The notes beneath the pieces were generated by a model that was given only the letters and a program-made list of their open reading frames with translations, did no database searches and was not told the DNA's origin. From NCBI GenBank assembly GCA_027604505.1, contig JADIIX010000158.1:1-45880 (forward strand): 45,880 bases of DNA. Direction: 5' to 3'. This stretch comes from Gonapodya sp. JEL0774 (lineage: Eukaryota). Shown one piece after another: positions 1 through 10,714 of this stretch; position 1 is the stretch's first letter; every line of letters starts with the position of its first letter. The position numbers and the translations under genes were made by a program.

Positions 1-539
1 GCCGCCCGCGCCGCCCCCCGGGGGCGCCCGGGGGGCGGGCGGGGGCGGCGGCGCGCCCGCGGCGCCGGGCCGGCCGGCGGGGCGGGGCGGCCGTGTGGAC
101 GTATGGAGAGGTAATTGGGGCTTAAGGGATGCCCGCCCATGGTACCGGGGAGGAGTGGCCGTGATGGAACGACGCCGGTGCCCAGGTTTCCAAGGTTTCA
201 GGGAGCTCGTGGTGGGCGAGGATGGTCGTCACTGCTTTTGTGTGACGCGCGGGGGGCCGGGGGACGGGAGACGGGAGGCGGTACTTGAACTCTTGGCGAC
301 GTTGTTGCACCCCCCAAATCCATCCGACCAACCATATCGAACCCAACACACCCTCACCCCTCACCCACCCCCACCCCCCCCCCCCTCCCCCCGGGGGTGC
401 CCCCCCGTGGCCCCAAACCCCAAAGTGATCCCCAACAACCCCGCGGGGGGCGGCCGGGGGGGGGGGGGTTGCGGTGCTTGTGTGAAGAGGCCGATCTGAA
501 ACCCCCCCATCCGCCCGCCCGCCGCCCCCCTCCCCCCAG
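1..539. other. Low-quality, G/C-homopolymer-corrupted sequence containing garbled upstream exon(s) of the CoA-transferase
   Basis: Bases 1-94 are almost only G/C, with long C/G runs to about 540. The segment near 405-445 reads VAPNPKVIPNNPA, resembling the family motif (I/V)AQNPKVxAINSA with A/T replaced by C. Confidence 0.6.
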
Positions 540-1205
540 ACTCCATCGGCCAAACCATGATCTCGGGCGTGGGCGGCCAAGTCGACTTCGAGCGAGGCGC
601 GGCCCTGTCCCCCGGCGGAATCCCCATCATATGCCTCCCCTCCACCACGAGCGACGGGCAGAGTCGGATCGTGCCCATTTTGAAACCGGGCGCCGGGGTG
701 GTGACGACGCGGTATCGTGAGTTGGGTGGTGGTGGGGGGCGGGGGGGGGATGTGTGGGAGTGAAGGTTGTAACGTGTTTTCTTTCTTTCTTTCTTTCCTT
801 TTTTTTTTTCGTTTGCGATGGAATGGGCGTGTAGATGTGCACTTTATTGTCACTGAGTGGGGGTATGCGGTGAGTAGCATTGGTTTGGTGTGAGAACGGC
901 CTCCCGTGTGAACTGACCACACCTCATGAACTCGTCTGGATGCACTACACCGTTTACCCCCCCACCTCACCTCCTTAACCGTTAACAAAGAACGTGAGTT
1001 GAGCCGACACTCGATGGGTATCGTTCAGTTGGAATCTTAAGCTGCTGTCTTACCCCGACCACCCGCACCTCCTTACCGTCACCAGGTCTTTGGCAAGAAC
1101 CTCATCCAACGCGCCCACGCGCTCATCAACATCGCACACCCTGACCACCGAGAGTCGCTCGAGAAGGCTGCGTTTGAGAGGTTGGGGATCAGATCGTGGG
1201 AGTGA
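540..1205 (+). CDS. Acetyl-CoA hydrolase/CoA-transferase, 3' part (exons 540-716, 835-869, 991-993, 1086-1205; 5' exons lie in low-quality sequence or outside the window)
   Basis: The spliced translation DSIGQTMISGVGGQVDFERGAALSPGGIPIICLPSTTSDGQSRIVPILKPGAGVVTTRYHVHFIVTEWGYANVFGKNLIQRAHALINIAHPDHRESLEKAAFERLGIRSWE* matches the AcetylCoA_hyd_C family (SGVGGQVDF, TExG, IAHPDHRE). Donors gtgagt at 717, 870 and 994. Confidence 0.93.
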
Positions 1206-1600
1206 GCGGGAAGCTTGGGGGGTGCCTGGAGGAGGAGGAGTTGGGTGGGGGTGACTGGAACGGGGCGCGTTTCAGGCGTGGAAAATTTGCATAGAGAACT
1301 ACAAACAAAATCTTTGGGAGAGTTGGTGTTATAATGACAAGAATAGATCTGAATCTTTGTTGCTGCCTGTTTGTGGAGTCACGTGATTGGGAAAAAGGAA
1401 GGAGAAACCCTTAGAACAATGAAAGAACGCTTCGATCATTAAGAAACAAAGGGAGAGGAGATAGGAACTGGAAGAATTTGATCGATTAATTGGGGCAACC
1501 AACTCGCCCTTCATTTTGGTGCAACTCACTTGTTATTTTGCCATCAGCCTCTCTCACAAAAGCGTCAGGACGCCTTCCTAGTAGCATTATGTAGTTCCGC

Positions 1601-1691
1601 GAACACTCTGGGTTGTTGACAGGGACTACTCCGCGTCGCTCTGCTTGCTCAGAGTGTTTGCAGTAGCCCCTGTCAACAACCCAGAGGGTTC
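1601..1691. repeat. Long inverted repeat, hairpin 1 (30-bp stem with 2 mismatches plus an inner stem)
   Basis: 1601-1630 gaacactctgggttgttgacagggactact pairs with 1662-1691 agtagcccctgtcaacaacccagagggttc; the inner cgctctg/cagagtg also pair. Confidence 0.9.
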
Positions 1692-1713
1692 TTGCCCCTG
1701 GCAGGACCACTGC

Positions 1714-1781
1714 GCTGGAAGGGCCGGATGAAGAGACACTGATTAGCGTTAGTCAGTTTCTCTTCATCGGGACCTTCCAGC
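1714..1781. repeat. Long inverted repeat, hairpin 2 (about 32-bp stem, tiny loop)
   Basis: gctggaagggccggatgaagagacactgatta pairs with tagtcagtttctcttcatcgggaccttccagc, with three 1x1 mismatches, a G-U pair and no bulges. Confidence 0.9.
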
Positions 1782-1988
1782 CCGGCAGGAAGATTTTTCG
1801 GATCGGGTGCTGGGGTGTTGTAGAGTGTTGGGGTGTGAAACGAAGCTCGTAGCTAGTTTCCTCGAATATCCAATATCATCTTATCTCTTCCAACAGGTCC
1901 CCTCGTATCTCCCCACGTCTCTCCGCAACGTGGACCTCTCTTCTTACCTTCTCACGTCGCTCAGTGTTCTTGGAAAGACTGTCGAACA

Positions 1989-3091
1989 ATGGCACCCGAG
2001 CGACCCTGGACTGACGAGCAATTGAAGGATGTTGGAAAGAAAGATCTGATTCATTGGATTCAGGAAAATGCCACGTTGGATTTCCTCAAGTGTGTGGTGG
2101 TCTTGAAGTCTTAAAAATCGTTAACAGACCTTGAGAATGAATTCATCGATCCCATCACATGGGACCCAACATCACATTTGTACACTGCCTCTGCAATGAA
2201 TTCCGCTCTAGAGACCACAAACTCAACGGCAAGCTCGCCGCGCTAGCCAAGTCGGCCTCCAAGGATGATGCGGTGAAATCCTATCTCGCCCTTTTCGACA
2301 CCGATTCGTTCCGTAGCGACGACGAACCAAAGGCTCTCGATGTCTGGGAGAAGGAGAAGGCCGAAAAGGATAAAGAGAAGGCGGCGGGAGCAGGGACTGG
2401 GGCGAAATCGGGGGCCGCGAAAGTGAGCGTTAATGAATGGTGGAGAGGGGTGGACGAAAGGGAGTCACTGTTGCATTTTTATTGACCTGCCGTGCTCATC
2501 AAAGCCCTCTGCTGTGGCTCCAGAGCCTCCTAAATACACCAAGCAGATTCTCACGAAAGGGGATGCGAGCAGGATTCCGCGGAAGGGGGACACGGTCGGG
2601 TGCATGTACACGGGGACGCTGACGGATGGCAAGGTGTTTGACAGTAATATGTCGACGGGAAAGAAGGGGAAAGGTGGTGGACCGCTGAAGTTCAAGGTCG
2701 GAACCGGGAGAGTGATTCGGGGGTGGGATGAGGCGCTGTTGACGATGGGGTTGGGGGAAAAGGTGAGATTTCTATGAATTTGTAGTGTAGGTGAACTCTT
2801 GTTGTATGTATTGATTTTGGTTGGACGTCTCTGTTACCTACAGGCGAAGATAACGATTGAGGGAGAATGGTAAGTTACTCTTTTCCACCCCCGCGCTTAC
2901 CCCTCTCTCAACCTTTCTCCACCTCTGGTAGGGCATACGGCAAAAAAGGACTTCCTGAAGCAGGGTACGTTCATTGGTTTTACAGTGTCTCAGAAAGCAC
3001 CCCGACTCTAATAGATACTCCTCGTGCACACGGCAGGATCCCCCCAAACGCAACACTAATTTTTGAGGTAGAACTTGTTTCAATAGATTGA
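1989..3091 (+). CDS. FKBP3: FKBP25/FKBP3-type peptidyl-prolyl isomerase (N-terminal basic tilted helix bundle plus FKBP domain); exons 1989-2089, 2212-2422, 2505-2763, 2844-2869, 2932-2964, 3037-3091
   Basis: MAPERPWTDEQLKDVGKKDLIHWIQENATLDFLKDHKLNGKLAALAKSASKD...PPKYTKQILTKGD...YTGTLTDGKVFDSN...FKVGTGRVIRGWDEALLTM...WAYGKKGLPEAGIPPNATLIFEVELVSID* is collinear with FKBP25 over both domains. Splice phases are consistent. Confidence 0.93.
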
Positions 3092-3214
3092 AAAGTTTCT
3101 TCGAACAAGTTCTGAAAATCCACTTGTTTGACTCTGGCCAGCCGGCAGGGCTGAGCCACGAATTACTCATTCTCTTTCTGTGCACAGCAACCATCCCCGT
3201 CCCATTTCTTCGCC

Positions 3215-4332
3215 ATGAACCGCCTTATCCTCCGCATTGCGCCCACCCTCAACCTCCGTGCCGCCACCTTCGCCAGGGGTAAGTCGTCCGAGAGGCATCG
3301 TGTGGAGGGGCATCAAGGACCGACAAAACGACGGGACGCGCATTCAGCCGTGAAGCGAAGGGATTGAACTCGGACGACGATCCATTGGATTCAAGGCTGG
3401 CGTCTGGAACTGGGAATGAGGGCTGGAAGGTGCATGCTGGAAGTGTTTTTTCAAAGACCCACAGTTCTGCACTGCTTACTCTCTAGAAGCGGGAAGGTGC
3501 CAACACTGAACAATCGCGCTCCTGTAGTTTCTGAGCCGGAGTTTGTGGATGAATGGATGAATCTGTAGGCGTGAACAAGGATATGGCCGAGTGTGGTTCT
3601 TGACATCCGATCACGGATGTTTGAGACTTGCGAGAGCCAAGGGCGACTGGCCTGCTTCCGCCATAGTCTTTGGACTAAGTACAAGCGAAACATTGGCGTG
3701 ATGCCTGCCTATCATTCTCTCCTCGAAATTCCGGAACATGTTGACACTCAATTCGTATCTGCCCTTCCTTCCAGCCGCTGCCCCCCGTACCGCCATCCGT
3801 GCGTACTCCTCCCACAACTTAGACCCCGAGAGCCACTACGATGCCTTTGTATCGCAGTGGGCAGGCTTCTTCAAAGAGGTGGACGACGAGTACGATTTTG
3901 AGGTCAGCGCGTGGTTGGATACTCTTTTGCGTGATATTTTTCGCAGGATGCTTTGGCTTCATGTGACACTTCTCATGGCGTAAACAGGTCGGTCTCAACG
4001 AGGTGTTCGTGCACGACTGGGTTCCCGCATTGTCTGTTGTTGAGGAGGCTCTGAAGGTGGGTGGTCCTAAGTTCTTGTCACTCGATTTGACGAACCCTTA
4101 CTCATGCCGTTGCGGCCACGCCATTCGATGTTCATCTCAACGGACGAATGTTCCCCTCCTTCATCAGGCGGCTCGCCGGTTGAACTCCTTCCCCACTGCT
4201 GTCCGGATCCTCGAGGGCATTGAGGAGCGTGCAGAGAACAAGTCCCAATATGAGCAATACTTGGCCGAGCTCAAGCCCCTCCTTACCGAGCTTGGTGTGC
4301 CCACGAAAGCTGAGCTTGGCATCAAGGTGTAA
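3215..4332 (+). CDS. COX6: Cytochrome c oxidase subunit Va (yeast Cox6 / human COX5A) with mitochondrial presequence; 4 exons (3215-3278, 3775-3902, 3988-4056, 4168-4332)
   Basis: Arg-rich presequence MNRLILRIAPTLNLRAATFAR, then FFKEVDDEYDFEVGLNEVFVHDWVPALSVVEEALKAARRLNSFPTAVRILEGIEERAENKSQYEQYLAELKPLLTELGVPTKAELG, a typical COX5A family sequence. Confidence 0.92.
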
Positions 4333-4553
4333 GACAGTAACGTCTAGAGATGGCGTGGAAAGCTAGATTAGTGGACGAGGCGTGAACGACTTATTTGGCG
4401 GTGTACCAGACGAGTAGGAGACCCGTATCAATAATTCAAACAAATCATGGTTTTCCAACAAGATTGCCGCGGTTTCTCAATGTGTGATTGCACTTCATCT
4501 TGGAAGAATGTGACTCGGTATTCTCTAGTGACGCCGATGCTACATTAATATTT

Positions 4554-5458
4554 CTATAATCGCTGCTCCTCACCGCCCAAAGTTGCCTTCACCCCGGTGA
4601 CTACGAACATTGGATCTGTAAATTCTGGATTTGGGGATATGTCAGAGCCGCGAATATCACGAAATGACGAAGAAGAGTGCCGCGCATAGTGAAGAAACGC
4701 CCCAACAATCCACACTCGATCTGCATCGGTAGCGCTAAGCCATACGCGGGTCGCTTTGGTGGGGAACATGCGATTGGAGAAGGATACTATCAAAGTACCC
4801 CCAGGCCTGCACAACCATTTCAATGAATGGGTAGTCGGGGAATCCAGCAGAATTTCACCTTACTTGAGAACGCGCAGGATTTCGGAGAGCACTTGCTGCG
4901 GTTTGGTGAGATAATCGATCGAAACAGTGCAAGTGACAAAATCAAACGTATTGTCATCCAATGGAGATAAGGACGGAGTTTGGTTTAAGTCACGGACAAA
5001 ATAAGAGTCAAGCGCCTAAAGCGAGAGGAGTGTGATGTGTAGATAATCAGAAACGGACTCGTTCCTTCTCGCACCTTGTTTCGAGCAAGCTCCTGGGCCA
5101 CCATACCGGTTCCGACGACCTTCCCATATCCATTTTTCTCGGCGTTTGAAGGTCCGACTTTTGGGGGGAAATGTGATATCCAACTGGAGCAGACGTCTAA
5201 AACATTAGGCTTAGAACCACCCCGTGCATGAAATTCTTGATCAAAAGACTTTGCGTAGAACTTGGTCAATGCAGTGATTGCATCGTCGTCAATGTGTGTC
5301 ACGAAGCGAGGTCCACCATAGAAAATAGTGTCGGGCGATTCGTCCATGCGTTCGAAGTCCTTATCGCTGAATGGCCAGGACGGAGGATATGAGGCCGATG
5401 GAATGACGTCGGGAATTGACGTTGTCGTTGCGAAAGGTCGAAGTTGTGGTGGTTCCAT
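4554..5458 (-). CDS. Class I SAM-dependent methyltransferase (Methyltransf_11-like, family with FYxxPRFVTHIDD), spliced
   Basis: DFERMDESPDTIFYGGPRFVTHIDDDAITALTKFY, VLDVCSSWISHFP, GMVAQELARN, DNTFDFVTCTVSIDYLTKP and PGGTLIVSFSNRMFPTKA. First ATG at 5458. Confidence 0.85.
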
Positions 5459-5777
5459 TTGACGCGAGTGATGTGGGGTGGAGATAAGCGTAGTTGGTGG
5501 GCACTTCAGCAGTACCCTCAATGAAGCAGCGCGAACACCGTGTTTAAACCAAGCCAGATTGGTATGTGTGTATGAGTGACCCTTGCCTGCAACGGGAAAG
5601 GTTGTTTGTGAAATTCAATCGGAAGTTGAATTCACCCGTCCCCGATAACGGCAATCAAAAGCATTTGAGAATGCACGAGCGCTAACACTCCCGTCCTCTT
5701 GAACTCTGATATTTTCACATTAAAGTACTTCCACCTACTTCTAGCATTGTACCAACATGCTATCAAACTACCGAAGT

Positions 5778-6911
5778 TCAAATGCTGGCTGTGATTTGAG
5801 ATATTGCCTCAACCAATTTCCTGAACGCGTGTTGTTCATTCGCAGCAGGTTCTGCATCACTTAGTTCTTTAGTCCACCCCTTCAAGTCCTCCATCATGGT
5901 CTTTCCTGTTTCCTCGTTGGCATCCTCCACTGCCTTCGCCTCTGCAATGTAGCGTTTCACAGTCTCCGTTACTCCTTCAAAGTCAGCGAGTCCGAAGCAT
6001 ACACGTGATCGAGCCAGCAACGCCGCGAGATGCAATGGGTGGTAGAACGTTTTCACATCGGGCCCTGCGGCAGCCGCTGCCAAGCCAACGCCCGGACCGG
6101 CCGCGGAACCTTCTGCGGAGATTTCTCGCAAAATCTGCCTTGCGGCTTCGGAGGCGTCACCTGTAGAGCCCATTGGTGATGGCCCAAATCCGATTCCGGT
6201 GAACGCTGCGGTTACTGCCTCCATTCCACTCGATGGGGCTGCACTCGGTACACCAGGGAGCGCGGAGGCTCCTGCTTCAATGTTCTCTCTCAAAAGATAC
6301 GGACCTTCAATAATAATCCGATCAAGATCCATGGCGGCTTTCTGGATCACTTCGACTGAGGGTTTGGCCTGGACAGACGGTAGATTGAGCGACTGGAGAA
6401 CTATTCCTCGCATCCCATGAGCAAGGCAGACCTCCCGACGTGTGAGAGGAATGGTGGAAGAGGAAAGTGGGAGGTTGCTGCCCGGGAATCCGAATGTGGT
6501 AGAAGTCGGCACCGCAGAGTCGGCGATGGCGAAGTCCAAATCTTCGAGAGCGCGAGAATAGTAGTCAATTTTGGCGCCAGCGGCTCCCGTCTTCCGACTT
6601 CCTTCGAGCGAGAGAGCACCCAAGGCCATTCCTCTTTGAAATCGCAGTCTCTGCTGCTCCGGAAATGGCCCAGATTTCAACTTTTCCGCTTCCGAGAAGT
6701 CATCGATGGCCCGTTTAAAATGCTCGAGATGATAATGAACTTCGCCCCGTGCTGCCAGAGCTGCGAAACGAAGTGGTGTAGGAAGGTTATGGAAGGAGAG
6801 TAACGAAGAGAATCCTCGCAGAGCCCCTTCATAATCCCCAGCTTCTGCGCATCTGGAGGATTGGAAAAGTAAAAGCTGATCGACACCGAGTGCACTTGAT
6901 ATACTTTCCAT
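5778..6911 (-). CDS. Tetratricopeptide-repeat-like helical protein, apparently intronless
   Basis: Long ORF (first ATG 6911) with TPR-like motifs GDYEGALRGFSSLL, ALAARGEVHYHLEHFKRAIDDFSEAEKL and YYSRALEDLDFAI. Confidence 0.7.
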   Translation of the reverse strand: MESISSALGVDQLLLFQSSRCAEAGDYEGALRGFSSLLSFHNLPTPLRFAALAARGEVHYHLEHFKRAIDDFSEAEKLKSGPFPEQQRLRFQRGMALGALSLEGSRKTGAAGAKIDYYSRALEDLDFAIADSAVPTSTTFGFPGSNLPLSSSTIPLTRREVCLAHGMRGIVLQSLNLPSVQAKPSVEVIQKAAMDLDRIIIEGPYLLRENIEAGASALPGVPSAAPSSGMEAVTAAFTGIGFGPSPMGSTGDASEAARQILREISAEGSAAGPGVGLAAAAAGPDVKTFYHPLHLAALLARSRVCFGLADFEGVTETVKRYIAEAKAVEDANEETGKTMMEDLKGWTKELSDAEPAANEQHAFRKLVEAISQITASI

Positions 6912-7017
6912 CGGTGTTAGATTGGAATGAAAACTAACTTGTGTTCTACTGTGTGCCGGCGGTGCTGCTGTGGCCAACGTGTTGCGACCCTGGTCGCCAT
7001 CAAAATATCAAGAAATC

Positions 7018-7924
7018 ATGTCTCACGCCAAGGTCCAGCCGAGGGTAGTACCAGCACAGGAAGTTTCAAACCTTGAGCCAATGGTCAGATGGTGGGTTTC
7101 CGTGTTGGTCAGTCCCGATGAGGTAATCACCGGAAGCTATCCGCCTTCACTCCAAGGGCAATTGAGCATCATTGGCTGGCGCTTCTTCCACTTTCAGTTT
7201 CTCAGTGGATCACCAGCTCTGTCAGCAGCGGCGTGTTGTCCCCAAGGTAGAGCTGCACGTTCTGGGCGCCCGCTTTTGCCTTCTTTCACCCCATTGGCGC
7301 CAAAGCATCCCGGGCCTCTCCCTCATTGGCGTTGAGACCGCAAAGTCCGAAGGATTGACTACGGAGGAGAGGAAAGTTGCCCGTGCTCGCGCTAGAACCA
7401 GTGGTTCGTTTGACTGTATCGGTGACGTCATCCGAGATACCAGCCGTCGTGACACCCATGAAAATTAACCAGCTGAAGCTTCATACCGCGGGATTGTCAA
7501 GATATCAGGATACTTGCTTCCAGTCCTCGCTGCAACAAAATGGTTCGTGGTGAGCCAGGAGCTGGACAGAAGCGACGTCGATCGCAGTTGGTTTCCCGTC
7601 AAGAATGCGACGCGGTACCACTTCGCAGTCGCCGGTCCACTGATTCTTCTACAGAACTTGATAGTCCGGGACTCAGAGGTGAGACTGAGTTGCAGGGAGT
7701 TTCGTGGACCGTGGGTGCGAAAGGTTGTTCCACATCCATTTTGCAGATTACTCGTTCAGTTGAGCCGTACCGCTGGGCCATCGACACCCTGTTGCTTGTT
7801 GGAGCGCTTGCACAAACCTACTCCAAAGTGAGCTCTCTGGCTTTTGCTTGGTTGTTGATACGGCATTGCCATGCCCCGCAAATTGAACTTCTCGCAGTAC
7901 TACCTTTCCAACGGCCGCCCGTAA
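7018..7924 (+). CDS. Uncharacterised protein of about 190 aa, possibly membrane-associated; 6 predicted exons
   Basis: Phase-consistent GT-AG splicing gives an open frame MSHAKVQPRVVPAQEVSNLEPMVRWAIEHHWLALLPLSVSQWITSSVSSGVLSPSIPGLSLIGVETAKSEGLTTEERKVARARARTSAEASYRGIVKISGYLLPVLAATKWF...YHFAVAGPLILLQNLIVRDSEITRSVEPYRWAIDTLLLVGALAQTYSKYYLSNGRP*. No family recognised. Confidence 0.65.
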
Positions 7925-8104
7925 TCATTTTCCAAGGAAAGCATTTCGCAGCACATCGGCGACTCAGCTCAAGATCACATTGAAACTTAGCGACTATCTC
8001 AACTTGTAGTTCGTGAATCACCCTGCTCAATACACTTCTGAGGGAATACATAACAGTTCTTTTTCTATCCGTTCATCCATTTTTTTCTTTCTTATCCGAA
8101 GTGA

Positions 8105-9764
<1,660 letters not shown>

Positions 9765-10255
9765 TATACGTTCTGGATTGACTGGAATGATATGTGAAAA
9801 CGTGAAACTCTCTTCCGGCTCGGTCCGCTGACGAACGACGGTCCGCTTGTGACTTCGAACGGAGAAAACTTGCCGCAGGGCGGTCTAATTAAACACAATT
9901 CAGATCTATCATTGCTGTTCACAGCCACGGCTTTATATCTAATCGATTTTGCTTCCGCTCAGCCCTTTTTGGCCCTCAGAGTGTCAGGTAACGGCTTTGA
10001 GTTCCGGTCCGCGCTCCAGGAAGAATTGAAATTCTCCAAGCACTTCGGTGAGTTGTTTGTGAGAAGAATTGGGTGACTGCCGATACATACAAGGATAACC
10101 AGATTTGCATATGCAACCTGCCCCCCACCCCCACGTCTCCCGGCCCTTTCCGGCCCTCGCCGTTAGAGGCACAATGAGTCAGGTACGGTCATCATCCCCA
10201 AACTAATAGTAGCCCCCCGCGACGTTGCAGGCGGGCTCCATTCAGCCAACAAAAA

Positions 10256-10333
10256 TGGCAGCTTTCAGTTGACTGCTCTCCACCTGACAGGACTTGGCAG
10301 CTTTCAGTTGGCTGCTCTCCACCTGACAGGACT
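10256..10333. repeat. 39-bp tandem duplication (2 copies, 1 mismatch)
   Basis: tggcagctttcagttgactgctctccacctgacaggact is followed by tggcagctttcagttggctgctctccacctgacaggact. Confidence 0.95.
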
Positions 10334-10652
10334 TGTGCGAGTGCAGGCACCTTTCATATAGTTCTGAGCTCGTGAGCGTGGCTGTGGTGTTCTGGGGTAT
10401 ATGCCAGTTGCCACGTTGTTCAAGGTTTGTGGTTCGTAGGTTCTCAGTGAATAAAACCAATGCATTCTCTTTTTCTGGGAGAGTCTCACTCCCCCTTGAG
10501 TGCGCAATTGATATTCATTGCTGTGAGAAGTGATTTCGAACTTTGACAGCGGTGATTCAGATCTGATGAAGACAAAAATTGCATGAATGATTACAACAGT
10601 ATGAACTAGAGAGAGGTTGCAGGCAAAGATTCACGGTTCGACGGGTTTAGCC

Positions 10653-10659
10653 TATAAAA
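10653..10659 (+). promoter_or_regulatory. Putative TATA box of the CBM48-annexin gene
   Basis: TATAAAA lies about 60 nt upstream of the ATG at 10715. Confidence 0.5.
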
Positions 10660-10714
10660 GCCCGCGAGTGACGCACCGTACAGCCCAGAGGATTCGGACC
10701 GCTGACAGACCATC

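Noticed and set aside
1..539. G/C runs as G-quadruplexes, or real Pro/Gly-rich ORFs (95-499, 122-988)
   Set aside because: The pattern fits degraded base calls over CoA-transferase exons and introns; a recognisable motif is corrupted towards C/G.
1714..1781. SECIS element or SRP RNA
   Set aside because: The ATGA pairs perfectly with TCAT instead of forming the G-A quartet, there is no in-frame UGA gene upstream, and no SRP helix-8 GNRA motif.
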